Shown in pieces: positions 28,672 through 37,840 of a stretch of 64,000 bases of DNA. The notes under the pieces are model-generated. The model made no database searches. It worked only from the letters and a program-made list of their open reading frames with translations, and was not told the DNA's origin. Position 1 is the first letter of the stretch, and the number at the start of each line of letters is the position of its first letter. This DNA is from Rhizomicrobium sp. (GTDB lineage Bacteria; Pseudomonadota; Alphaproteobacteria; Micropepsales; Micropepsaceae), in assembly GCA_050728855.1 (NCBI GenBank), contig JBOHKI010000003.1, positions 43,894-107,893 of the forward strand. The letters are read 5' to 3'. Made by a program: the position numbers and the translations under genes.

Positions 28672-29139
28672 CGTTTCGATTTCACTCCGCTTTCCCGTTC
28701 CACCATCGGTTTCGACCGGCTGTTCGACATGCTGGACCAGATGGCCCAGCACGACACCGCCAACGGCTACCCGCCCTACAACATCGAGCGCACCGACGAC
28801 GCCCATTACCGCGTCTCGCTGGCCGTCGCGGGCTTCGCCGAGAAGGATCTCACGATCGAGCTGCGTGACGGCGTCCTGACGGTCGCCGGCAAGCGCGAGG
28901 AGAGCGAGAAGAGCGACGGCACGAACGTGCTCTACCAGGGCATCGCCGGCCGCGCCTTCGAGCGCCGCTTCCAGCTCGCCGAGCACGTCGAAGTGCGCGG
29001 CGCCAAGCTCGAGAACGGCCTGCTCCATGTCGACCTCGAACAGGTCGTGCCGGAGGAGAAGAAGCCCCGCCGCATCGCGATCAACGCGCCCGAAGCGCCG
29101 TCGCTGAAGACCATCGAAGGCAGCGCCAAGGCCGCGTAA
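28669..29139 (+). CDS. Small heat-shock protein Hsp20 (IbpA family)
   Basis: RFDFTPLSRSTIGFDRLF, YPPYNIE, AVAGF, LYQGIAGRAFERRFQLA, LENGLLHVDL. Confidence 0.95.
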   Translation: MRFDFTPLSRSTIGFDRLFDMLDQMAQHDTANGYPPYNIERTDDAHYRVSLAVAGFAEKDLTIELRDGVLTVAGKREESEKSDGTNVLYQGIAGRAFERRFQLAEHVEVRGAKLENGLLHVDLEQVVPEEKKPRRIAINAPEAPSLKTIEGSAKAA

Positions 29140-29155
29140 GCGGACACTCGAAAGC

Positions 29156-29200
29156 AAAGGCCGGGCATCCGCATGCTACTGCGGAGCGCCCGGCCTTTTT
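29156..29200 (+). terminator. Intrinsic terminator
   Basis: AAAGGCCGGGC..GCCCGGCCTTTTT. Confidence 0.75.
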
Positions 29201-29276
29201 GTTTGGGTTAGAAATATGATCGATTAGGTGTAAGTTGATCGTTGCCGGTCAAGTCATTCAATAACGGAATTCGCAA

Positions 29277-30053
29277 ATGATTCGAAACGATGAGCATTGG
29301 CTCAGTCACCTCGGTTTGAGGCGCGTTCCCGAGATCAAGGCGGCGCTGTTCGCGATTGGGTCCGGCTTGCTGGCGTTCTGGCTTCTGTCGACTCTTAGCG
29401 ATGTACACTATGCTGTCAGCGCCGACGTCGCGTTCATCGCGATACTGTTGGTGACTCTATTGATATTTCTGCTTTTGTCCGGGCGTTTGAATGAGGTTTC
29501 CGGGGGAGGCTTTTCAGCGAAGTTTCAAGCAGCGGCTAATGCGCCCGCTGAAGCCGCTGGATTGGCTGGCGAAGATGTCTACGAATTTGAAAAGCTTGGC
29601 CAGGAGCATCTCGAGCGGCTGGTATCCGGTATCGAGGACGGTGATGTTGTCAACTTGCGGCTTCGACTCCATTACGGGTCATACAAAGCGGCCGAGCTAA
29701 AGGGGTACGTGGATCGGTTAACCGGCCTTACTCCCAATGCATTCGTCATGGTTGTGGATCAAGTCGGACGATTTATTGCGGCAACTGAGGCTGCTCGATT
29801 TGCTAAGTTGCCGCTGAGTCATATCGAGAATTTCGTTTTGGCTATCGGCAAGGGAGATCAGTCAAATCTCAAGCTATGTGGTTTTCGGAAGTCGGCCAAA
29901 GCTAAGATCGGAATCGACAATCGACACGCATTGGAGATCATGCAGCGTGAAAGAACAAATTTCGTTGTTCTCTTGAACGAAGATCGTGAACCCAAAAAAA
30001 TAGCTACGCGGGGAGAGGTGCTTGAGCACCTGATTTTGGCACTGGCCCGCTAG
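29277..30053 (+). CDS. AT-rich two-TM protein with C-terminal CBS-like domain(s), function unknown
   Basis: Two N-terminal TM helices; ALEIMQRERTNFVVLLNEDREPKKIATRGEVL and FVMVVDQVGRFIA resemble CBS motifs; many A/T-ending codons, unlike the flanks. Confidence 0.65.
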   Translation: MIRNDEHWLSHLGLRRVPEIKAALFAIGSGLLAFWLLSTLSDVHYAVSADVAFIAILLVTLLIFLLLSGRLNEVSGGGFSAKFQAAANAPAEAAGLAGEDVYEFEKLGQEHLERLVSGIEDGDVVNLRLRLHYGSYKAAELKGYVDRLTGLTPNAFVMVVDQVGRFIAATEAARFAKLPLSHIENFVLAIGKGDQSNLKLCGFRKSAKAKIGIDNRHALEIMQRERTNFVVLLNEDREPKKIATRGEVLEHLILALAR

Positions 30054-30149
30054 GCGTCCAATTCGTCGCGAACCATCAAAAGTCCCCGCGTGACAGGCCC
30101 GTCATCTTGGTCCTATTGTTGCGGTGCCCTCGCTATCCCCGGTTCGCCG

Positions 30150-31073
30150 ATGCCGTCCTGGCAAAGCTCGTTTTTCGGACGCCTCACCCGCATGTCGCGG
30201 CCGAGAACCGCGTCGGTGGAGACCGATATCGAGGAGTTGCGCCGCCAGTTCGCCTATCTCTCCGACCGTTTCGGCACGATCCCGCCCGATGTGAGCTTCG
30301 AGCCGGCGCAGGTGGGCCCCATCAAGGGCGAATGGGTGCGCATCGATGCGGCGAGCCCGAACCGGCTGATCCTCTACTTCCATGGCGGCGGATACGTGTC
30401 CGGCTCGCCGGAATCCCATCGCCCGCTCATCGCGCGGCTCAGCCAGGCCGCAGGCGCGACCGCGTTCTCCGTCAACTACCGTCTCGCGCCCGAATTCGCG
30501 TTTCCCGCGGGCTTGCGCGACGGCATCGACGCCTACCGCCATCTCATCCAGCGCAAGATTCCGGCAAGCTCGATCGTGCTCGCCGGCGACGGCGCCGGCG
30601 GCGGCCTCGCTTTCGGATGCCTGCTCGCGATCCGCAACGCCGGCCTGCCGATGCCGGCGGCCTGCGTGGCGATGAGCCCGTGGGCGGACATGTCGCTCTC
30701 CGGCTGGTCGATGCTGCAGAACGCGCGCAACGAAGCGGCGATTTCGTGGGAGCTGCTGTTCGTGGCCGCGCGGCATTATCTGCGCAAGACGAACCCCGCC
30801 GATCCCTATGCCTCGCCGGTGTTCGCGAGCTTCAAGGATTTCCCGCCGATCATGGTGCATGCCGGCAGCCTCGAGATCCTGCGCGACGACGCCAGCCGCA
30901 TCGGCGAACGCGCCGCCGAAGCCGGCGTGCCGGTGAGCGTCGAGATCTATGACGGCATGCAGCACATCTTCCAGGCCAACGCCTATGTGCCCGAGGCGCG
31001 GGTTTCGCTGCAGCGCCTGGGCAATTTCATCCGGCAGCGCACGCCCGACATGGCGGCCGATGCCGCGCAATAG
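30150..31073 (+). CDS. Alpha/beta hydrolase, HSL-family-like (GDGAG in place of GDSAG)
   Basis: YFHGGGY, YRLAPEFAFPA, GDGAGGGL, GMQHIF; the nucleophile Ser position is Gly. Confidence 0.85.
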   Translation: MPSWQSSFFGRLTRMSRPRTASVETDIEELRRQFAYLSDRFGTIPPDVSFEPAQVGPIKGEWVRIDAASPNRLILYFHGGGYVSGSPESHRPLIARLSQAAGATAFSVNYRLAPEFAFPAGLRDGIDAYRHLIQRKIPASSIVLAGDGAGGGLAFGCLLAIRNAGLPMPAACVAMSPWADMSLSGWSMLQNARNEAAISWELLFVAARHYLRKTNPADPYASPVFASFKDFPPIMVHAGSLEILRDDASRIGERAAEAGVPVSVEIYDGMQHIFQANAYVPEARVSLQRLGNFIRQRTPDMAADAAQ

Positions 31074-31180
31074 CGTCCGCGCGCTCCACATTCCCGCCGC
31101 ATTCCCGCCTTTGTTCGTTCCCGGCGAAACATTCCGGCGGAACACGCGTTTTCGCTGATGACCTTCCGCAGGAGAAAATC

Positions 31181-31846
31181 ATGAGCGACATGAGAGCCTA
31201 TGTCACGCCCGCAGAAAACATCGACGTGGACCAGCGCACCGGCAAGCTGATCGGCGCGGCCGTGGTTGCGATCATGCTCGGCGCCGGCGCGGTCTATGGA
31301 TATCAGGCCAGCTGGTTCAGCCACGCATCCGCGAGCGATGACAATCCGCCGCCGCCCGCCGTCACGCTGCCGAACACCGCGCCGCCCGCGCCGGGCGTGC
31401 AATCGCAGTCGATGCAGTCGACGGCGCCGGCGACCAGTCCCGCAGCCGCCGCACCGGTGACGCCGTCCGCGCCGGTGATCGACACGCAGCCCAGCGCCGC
31501 GAAGACGGCGGCTGCGCCCGCCGCCGCGACGCACACCACGCGCGTCCATCGCGCAGTCCGCAGCGAGCCGGCATCTGCGACGCCCGAGTCCAGGACACCG
31601 GACGTGGCCGCGCCGGTGACCAACACCGTCACGCCGCCCGCGCAGAGCGCGCCGGTCCAGCCTTTGGTGGCTCCGTCGACGGCCGCGCCCGCGACGACAG
31701 CCCCCACGACGACGGCCGCGCCCCCGGCGGCCACGCCGCAATCGACGGCCACGCCGCAGTCCGCCACTCCGGACTCGCAGCAGCAGCCGGCCCAGCCGCA
31801 GCAAACGCCGCAGCAAACGCCGCAGCAGGGTCAGACGCCGCAGTAA
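31181..31846 (+). CDS. Single-TM Pro/Ala/Thr/Gln-rich low-complexity protein
   Basis: AGGAG RBS; TM LIGAAVVAIMLGAGAVYGY; about 170-aa disordered tail ending in PQQT repeats. Confidence 0.7.
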   Translation: MSDMRAYVTPAENIDVDQRTGKLIGAAVVAIMLGAGAVYGYQASWFSHASASDDNPPPPAVTLPNTAPPAPGVQSQSMQSTAPATSPAAAAPVTPSAPVIDTQPSAAKTAAAPAAATHTTRVHRAVRSEPASATPESRTPDVAAPVTNTVTPPAQSAPVQPLVAPSTAAPATTAPTTTAAPPAATPQSTATPQSATPDSQQQPAQPQQTPQQTPQQGQTPQ

Positions 31847-31860
31847 GTCTGGCGGAAGGA

Positions 31861-31899
31861 AGAACGCCCGCGTGCTGCCAACGAGCGCGCGGGCGTTCT
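31861..31899. terminator. Bidirectional terminator hairpin
   Basis: AGAACGCCCGCG / CGCGGGCGTTCT between convergent genes. Confidence 0.65.
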
Positions 31900-31903
31900 G
31901 CCG

Positions 31904-32647
31904 TCAGTTCGGCTTCCTGAAGCGGAACGCGAATTGATCGGTCTTCCCGCGGATCGACGGATCGAACACGATCATGGTGTGCGGATCGGCGGGGTTGGCG
32001 AGAATGCCGGTCTCGCCGTCGAACACAAAGCCCGCGGCTTCCATCTCCGTCTTCACGACGGCCGGATCGATGCGGTGCAGCTTGTCCGCCGTCTCGACGG
32101 CCGGCGAGCCGGGCAGGGCGGCGTGATCGACGATCACCACCACGCCGCCGGGCTTCAGCATCGCGAACCAGCCCTTGTCGACGGCGGCCATGTCGGCATG
32201 CACGCGCGACAGATGCAGGTCGTGGTAGTTCCACGACGTCCAGACGACATCGAGCGGACCCATCGTCTGCGCCGGCAACGGCACGATCGGCACCACGGTC
32301 ACGTTGCCGTAGCCGGGCGCGGCCGCGATGTCCGCAGCCGCGGGCTCCGCATCCGGTCCCTTCGGATCGGGCACCGCCGCGTAGAGGTGACCTCCGGGGC
32401 CCACGGCCTTGGAGAAGATCCGGGTGAAGTAGCCACCGCCGGGCAGAAGCTCGAGAACGGTGTCGCCCGGCTTGATGCCCGCGAACACCACCATCTCGGC
32501 CGGCTTGCGCGAGGCGTCGCGCGCCATGTCGGCGGCCGGCCGTCCCGGATCCGACACCGCGGCGGTCACATAGGCCGGCATGTCGGCCGCCTGCGCCGCG
32601 CCCACCGCGGCCACGAGCGTCGCGGCCAGGAGCATTCCTCGAAGCAT
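31904..32647 (-). CDS. Exported class I SAM-dependent methyltransferase-like protein
   Basis: Signal peptide; RDASRKPAE, VLELLPGGGYFTRIFS, YHDLH, LKPGG, LHRIDP. Confidence 0.85.
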   Translation of the reverse strand: MLRGMLLAATLVAAVGAAQAADMPAYVTAAVSDPGRPAADMARDASRKPAEMVVFAGIKPGDTVLELLPGGGYFTRIFSKAVGPGGHLYAAVPDPKGPDAEPAAADIAAAPGYGNVTVVPIVPLPAQTMGPLDVVWTSWNYHDLHLSRVHADMAAVDKGWFAMLKPGGVVVIVDHAALPGSPAVETADKLHRIDPAVVKTEMEAAGFVFDGETGILANPADPHTMIVFDPSIRGKTDQFAFRFRKPN

Positions 32648-32716
32648 GATCCATCCTCCCCGTGAAAGGCCGGATCATGGCGGAAACCGCGGCCCCGCGC
32701 CATTGGGGTGCGCCTG

Positions 32717-34003
32717 TCAGGCGCTGGCGGCGTGGGCGGCGTGCGAATCCGACAATTGCGCGGGAAGCTTGGTGCCGGTCAGGATCGCGCCGCCCAGGTC
32801 GCTGTCGCGCAGATCGCAATCGGCGAGCGTGGCATAGGCGAGATCGCAATCGTTGAACGCGGCGCGGCGCAGATCGGCGCCGCGGAAATCGGCGTAACGC
32901 GCCTGCGCGCCGTCGAGGCGCGCGGGCAGCAGCCGCTGGTCGGAGATCAGGAGCGGCCCGAGCTTGCAATCGCGCAGGTCGGCGTTGTTGAGCTTGGCGC
33001 CGGAAAGGTTGGCGCCGCGCAGATCGGCGCCGGAAAGCTTCGCGCCGCGCAGATCGGCGCCGGCGAAGTTCGAGCCCTGGAGCGACGCGCCCGAAAGATC
33101 GACGCCGTAGAGCACCGCGCCCGGCGCGATCAGCGCCGTGAGCGCGCGATGGGCGAGCGAGGCGATCCCGCGCAGGTCGATGCCGGAAAGATCGGCCGGC
33201 CTGCCCTCTCGCCCGTCGGTATCGGCCCAGCGCGAATGCGAATCCAAAATGTCGGCGATGGGCGCGCCGAGCTCGTCGATGTTGCGCCCGGCCGGCGCCT
33301 CGGTGAGCGCGGTGGCCATGATCGCGCCGTCGAGATTGGCGCGGTTCATCTGGCAGCCCACCAGGATCGCGCCGCTGAAATCCGCGCCCGACAGGTTGCA
33401 GCCCGAAAGGTCCGCGTTCTCGAGATTGGCGCCGGTGAGCTTGGCGTCGCGCAGGTTGGCGCGGGTCAGCCGGCAGCCCTTCATCACGGCGTCGGTGAAG
33501 TCGGCCTGGATCGCCATCGCGCCGGTCATGCGGGCGCGTTCGAGGTTGGCGCTGGTGAGCAGCGCTGCGGGCATTTCGGACGGACCGATATCGTGCTGGA
33601 GCACGCGCAGGTTTCCGAAGCGGTCCTTCTCCGCGATGGTGCCTTCGCGCAGGTCGGCTTCGTAGAGGTCCGCGCCGATCAGGTTGGAGCCGCGCAGGCA
33701 GGCGCCGCGCATGTCGGCGCGCCGCAGGGACGCTCCGGCGAGGTTGGCGCGGCGCAAATCGGTTCCGAAGAAACTCGCCGAATCCAGGCGGCAGCCTTCG
33801 AGGTTGGCTTCCTCCAGCACCGCGCCTGTGAAGTCCGCATCCGCCAGGTTGCGGCCCGACAGATCCAGCCCGGACAGATCGCAAAACGCGAAAACCGCGC
33901 GGGCCCCGCCCATGCGGCCGGCGTACAGCATTTCATGGCGGGCCGCGGCGGCCGCGACCTGCTTCTGGGTGAGCTTGGAGAAGCTGACGCGGCGGTTCAT
34001 CAA
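32717..34003 (-). CDS. Pentapeptide repeat protein
   Basis: Two long blocks of A(D/N)L(S/R)G(A/C) repeats split by an H..W...GREG..ADLSG segment. Confidence 0.92.
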   Translation of the reverse strand: MMNRRVSFSKLTQKQVAAAAARHEMLYAGRMGGARAVFAFCDLSGLDLSGRNLADADFTGAVLEEANLEGCRLDSASFFGTDLRRANLAGASLRRADMRGACLRGSNLIGADLYEADLREGTIAEKDRFGNLRVLQHDIGPSEMPAALLTSANLERARMTGAMAIQADFTDAVMKGCRLTRANLRDAKLTGANLENADLSGCNLSGADFSGAILVGCQMNRANLDGAIMATALTEAPAGRNIDELGAPIADILDSHSRWADTDGREGRPADLSGIDLRGIASLAHRALTALIAPGAVLYGVDLSGASLQGSNFAGADLRGAKLSGADLRGANLSGAKLNNADLRDCKLGPLLISDQRLLPARLDGAQARYADFRGADLRRAAFNDCDLAYATLADCDLRDSDLGGAILTGTKLPAQLSDSHAAHAASA

Positions 34004-34234
34004 ATGACCAATGGTTAAATGGCAACTGTTCCGGCGGTCATTCTGAGGCGAGGGGCGCTAATAGGTCATTAAAAAACAAAAAAGCGAGGGATTAAGGGCT
34101 GTTAGGGGCTGGCATACACGTGCGAATTTTGGTTATGTGCCGCCGAATTGGGCGCTGGGGTGTCTCCCTTCAGGACGCAGGCCGGACTCTGTCCGTCCGC
34201 TCCTTCCACCGGCCCGCGAAGCAAGAGGTCTCAC

Positions 34235-37200
34235 GTGTACAAACGCGCGTTGCTGCTCACGGCCGCCACAGTCGCCCTCATGTCCGGCCCGGCCATGGCC
34301 GCGACCGACAATACCGACATCAAGACGAAAGTGACCACGCCCGTGGACACGGCCACGGCCGCGAGCGGCGCGCCCGGCAACATCCTGATCGACACCAACG
34401 GTTCGGTGGTCGTGCAGTCCACCACGGCCGCGGTGACGATCGATTCGAGCAATATTGTCACCAACAAGGCCTCGATCAGCAACACCGGCACCACCGGCGC
34501 GCTCGGCGTCCAGCTGGACACCGGCTTCACCGGCGCGTTCGACAGCACCGGCGCGATCGACATGTCGGGCTCCGGCCTGAACAAGATCGGCATCGAGATC
34601 AGCAACGGCACTGGCGGCAGCTCCGAGGTCTTCACCGGCACCTCGGCGCTCCCGAGCCCGAACCTCGCCGTGACGAATCCCGTCGCGATCTATCTCGAGG
34701 CCGGCTCGACGTTGAACCTCGCCGGAGACGACGGCACCGGCATTCTGGTGAACCCCTCGGCAATCGTCGAGGGAGACATCACGATCAACGGCACGCTGAC
34801 GCTCGAGGCCACCACCGCGACGGCCACGACCGGCGGCGCCAGCGTCGGCGTCAACCTGGAAGGCACGCTCGCCCAGAACCCGACGACGCTGGTCAACAGC
34901 AACTTCACCGTCGGGACCTCGGGCGTGATCAGCGTCACCGGCGCGAACGCGCAAGGCGTCAACGTCTCCGGCGCCATCAGCGGCTATTTCGCCAATCTCG
35001 GCGACATCCAGGCGCTGGGCACGGTCACGCCGGCCGCCACGACGTCCAGCACGAAAAACCCGGAAGCGGGCAGCGCGATCACGATCTCCAATTCGATCGG
35101 CGGCGGTTTCTACAATGGCGGCTCCAGCACCGACACCACCGGGCGCGCCAGCATCGCCGAATCGGGCGAGTCGCCGGCCCTCGATTTTCTGATCACGGCC
35201 GGGAACACGTCCGACATGCACATCGGCGCGGTGACGGATGCGACGCTGCTCCAGGCCGATGCCAACGCCACCGGCTTCGGCATCATCAATCGCGGCAGCA
35301 TCGGCGCGATTTCGCTGGGCCCGAACATCAGCGTCACCGGCCTCCAGCTCAACGGATCGAACGGCTACGCGATCAACGTGGATGGCGGCATTTTCAACGC
35401 CGGCACCATCACGGCGACCACCACGACGGACGTGAACCCCATCGGCTCCGGCGTCGCGGCGCAGGGCATCGTCATCGGCACGAACGTGACGGTGCCGCGA
35501 ATCGTCAACTCCAACGAGGAGAACACGGCCTCGTCGGCGGCGAGCAGCATCATCAGCGCCCAGATTTCGGGCTCCACCCCCGGCATCGCCACCGCGATCG
35601 ACATCCTGCAGGACGCCACCGTCAACGAAATCGACAACCAGGGCACAATCAGCGCCAGCGCCACCACCACCGATGCCACGATCGCAAATCTCTCGGCATT
35701 CGCCATCCGCGATCAAACCTCCGGCGGCACGCTGCAGACGATCACCAACAGCGGCAACATCGGCGCCGTTGTCTCGACGCTGAACAACGGCCTTCAGGTC
35801 GCCTCCGCCATCGACCTGCTGGATTCCACGCAGAACGTCACCATCACCAACAGTGGAATGATTTCGGGCTCGATCCTGCTCGGCACCGGCAACGATACGA
35901 TCACCGACGAGGGCGCGACGCCCAACACCATCGCCTCGATGAACGGCGATTTGAATTTCGGCGGCGGGCACGATTCGCTCCAGATCGGCCAGCAGGGCAA
36001 CGCCAGCCATCCGGGCGTGTTCACCGGCGCCATCCAGGAGACCGCGGGCGGCACCGTCATGGTCGATATCGGCCCGGGCAGCTCGCTGTTCCTTCAGAAC
36101 GACGGCACCGACACCAACAACGGCCTGAACGTGACCACCAACCTGCCGGTCAGCACGATGACCCTGGAGAACGGCGGCACGCTCGGCCTGACGCTGGCCC
36201 AGGCCTTCAATGTCAACGCCCCGGGTGTCGGCCCGAGCGGCGCCCTTGCCGTCATCCAGTCGACCGGCGCCATCGACATCCACACCGCCAGCGCTACGGC
36301 GCAGACGCCGGCCATGACACTGACGTTCGGAAGCTTCATCACCTCGACGACATCCGATCCGTCCCAATTCGTGCTGATGGCGTCGCCGGCGAACATGCTG
36401 ACCATCGACAATGTCGGCGAGATCCAGAACGAGGTCGCCGGCTCCAAGGTCCCGTTCCTCTTCGTCGGCGACATCTGCACCTACAACGTCACAGGCTCGC
36501 TGCTGCCGTGCTCCGGCACCGAGCCGATCAACAACACCGATTCCGAGCTGATCCTGAACCTGACGCCCAAGACCGTCGGCACCAACCCGGACCAGCTGCC
36601 GTTGACCGGCTACGCCGCCAAGATGTTCCCGCTCGCCAACATCGCGCTGGCCAGCGACAACGCGCTGGGCGCGGCGGTGATCTCCGCCGGCTCGGCCAGC
36701 AACATCACCACCACCGCGCAGGGCAACGCGCTCTACCAGAAGATCTACTCGTCCTTCGCGCCGGACGTGACCGGCTCCCAGCGCGCCCTCGCGGTGTCGC
36801 TGACCGACCAGTCGACCGGCCCGGTCGGCGCGCGCCAGCGCGCGCTGCGCATGTATGCCGGCCAGGACGGCGACGCCACGATGTGGGGCCAGGAGTTCAC
36901 CGAGCGCCTCAACGTCGGCACCCAGACCGCGGCCGCGGGCTTCAACGATTCCGGCTTCGGCTTCGCGCTCGGCATCGACGGCGGCTCGCCGGCCGCCGGG
37001 CGTTACGGCGGCGCTTTCACCTTCTACTCCGGCGACACCAGCGAGAAGACGCCGCGCGACACCAAGACGACCTCGGAATGGTACATGCTCACCGGCTATT
37101 CCGACTGGCGCGGCAAGGGCCTGTTCGTCGACAGCCAGCTGACGGTCGGTTACGGCAGCATCGACGGCAAGCGCTACTTCAACTTCGACGAAACCTCGCT

Positions 37201-37771
37201 CAGGCGCATCGCCGAGGGCAAGCGCGCCGCCGCGATCGCGGCCGGCGGCGTCACCGCGGGCGTAGCACTCACCGCCGGCGGCACGGTGATCATGCCGCAG
37301 CTCAGCATCGACGCGCTGACCATGCGCGAGGAGGGCTACACCGAAACCAATGGCGGCGTGACCACCTCGCAGGCCGATGACGGTTTCGATCTCAGGGTCC
37401 GCCAGGAATACAACAATTCGGTGCGCGGCTTCCTCGGCCTCGACATGCGCCAGGATCTCAATTTCGGCGAATTCTTCCTCCAGCCGGAGATCCGCGGCGG
37501 CTACCGCTACGACTTCCTCAACGCGGCGCAGAAGCTGAGCGCGCAGTTCGTCTGCTCCACCGTCGCCGGCAGCGGCTGCGGCGACACCTCGTTCAATATC
37601 ACCGGTCCCGATCCGGCGAAGGCCAATTTCGTGGCCGGCGGCAGCATCGCCGCCACCACGGGCGCCTGGTCCATCGGCCTGAACTACGACTACATCCGCG
37701 GCATCGGCAACGGCGGCGGCCACGACAGCGTCACCCAGGCCGGCACCATCACCCTGATCGGGCGGATATGA
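34235..37771 (+). CDS. Autotransporter (type Va) with Thr/Ser/Gly/Asn-rich beta-helix passenger
   Basis: GAGGT RBS plus GTG; signal peptide; C-terminal barrel-like region (MWGQEF, GFGFALGIDG, YGGAFTFYSG, LQPEIRGGYRYDF, WSIGLNYDY). Confidence 0.85.
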   Translation: MYKRALLLTAATVALMSGPAMAATDNTDIKTKVTTPVDTATAASGAPGNILIDTNGSVVVQSTTAAVTIDSSNIVTNKASISNTGTTGALGVQLDTGFTGAFDSTGAIDMSGSGLNKIGIEISNGTGGSSEVFTGTSALPSPNLAVTNPVAIYLEAGSTLNLAGDDGTGILVNPSAIVEGDITINGTLTLEATTATATTGGASVGVNLEGTLAQNPTTLVNSNFTVGTSGVISVTGANAQGVNVSGAISGYFANLGDIQALGTVTPAATTSSTKNPEAGSAITISNSIGGGFYNGGSSTDTTGRASIAESGESPALDFLITAGNTSDMHIGAVTDATLLQADANATGFGIINRGSIGAISLGPNISVTGLQLNGSNGYAINVDGGIFNAGTITATTTTDVNPIGSGVAAQGIVIGTNVTVPRIVNSNEENTASSAASSIISAQISGSTPGIATAIDILQDATVNEIDNQGTISASATTTDATIANLSAFAIRDQTSGGTLQTITNSGNIGAVVSTLNNGLQVASAIDLLDSTQNVTITNSGMISGSILLGTGNDTITDEGATPNTIASMNGDLNFGGGHDSLQIGQQGNASHPGVFTGAIQETAGGTVMVDIGPGSSLFLQNDGTDTNNGLNVTTNLPVSTMTLENGGTLGLTLAQAFNVNAPGVGPSGALAVIQSTGAIDIHTASATAQTPAMTLTFGSFITSTTSDPSQFVLMASPANMLTIDNVGEIQNEVAGSKVPFLFVGDICTYNVTGSLLPCSGTEPINNTDSELILNLTPKTVGTNPDQLPLTGYAAKMFPLANIALASDNALGAAVISAGSASNITTTAQGNALYQKIYSSFAPDVTGSQRALAVSLTDQSTGPVGARQRALRMYAGQDGDATMWGQEFTERLNVGTQTAAAGFNDSGFGFALGIDGGSPAAGRYGGAFTFYSGDTSEKTPRDTKTTSEWYMLTGYSDWRGKGLFVDSQLTVGYGSIDGKRYFNFDETSLRRIAEGKRAAAIAAGGVTAGVALTAGGTVIMPQLSIDALTMREEGYTETNGGVTTSQADDGFDLRVRQEYNNSVRGFLGLDMRQDLNFGEFFLQPEIRGGYRYDFLNAAQKLSAQFVCSTVAGSGCGDTSFNITGPDPAKANFVAGGSIAATTGAWSIGLNYDYIRGIGNGGGHDSVTQAGTITLIGRI

Positions 37772-37840
37772 TCCATCGAGGCATTCCCGGCTCGCGCCGG
37801 GACTGCAATCCGCGATGACGTCGTGCCGATGCGCGCGGCG

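Noticed and set aside
29208-29408. Minus-strand 66-aa ORF in the AT-rich islet
   Set aside because: Overlaps the longer plus-strand gene, has no RBS or motif, and cannot be supported
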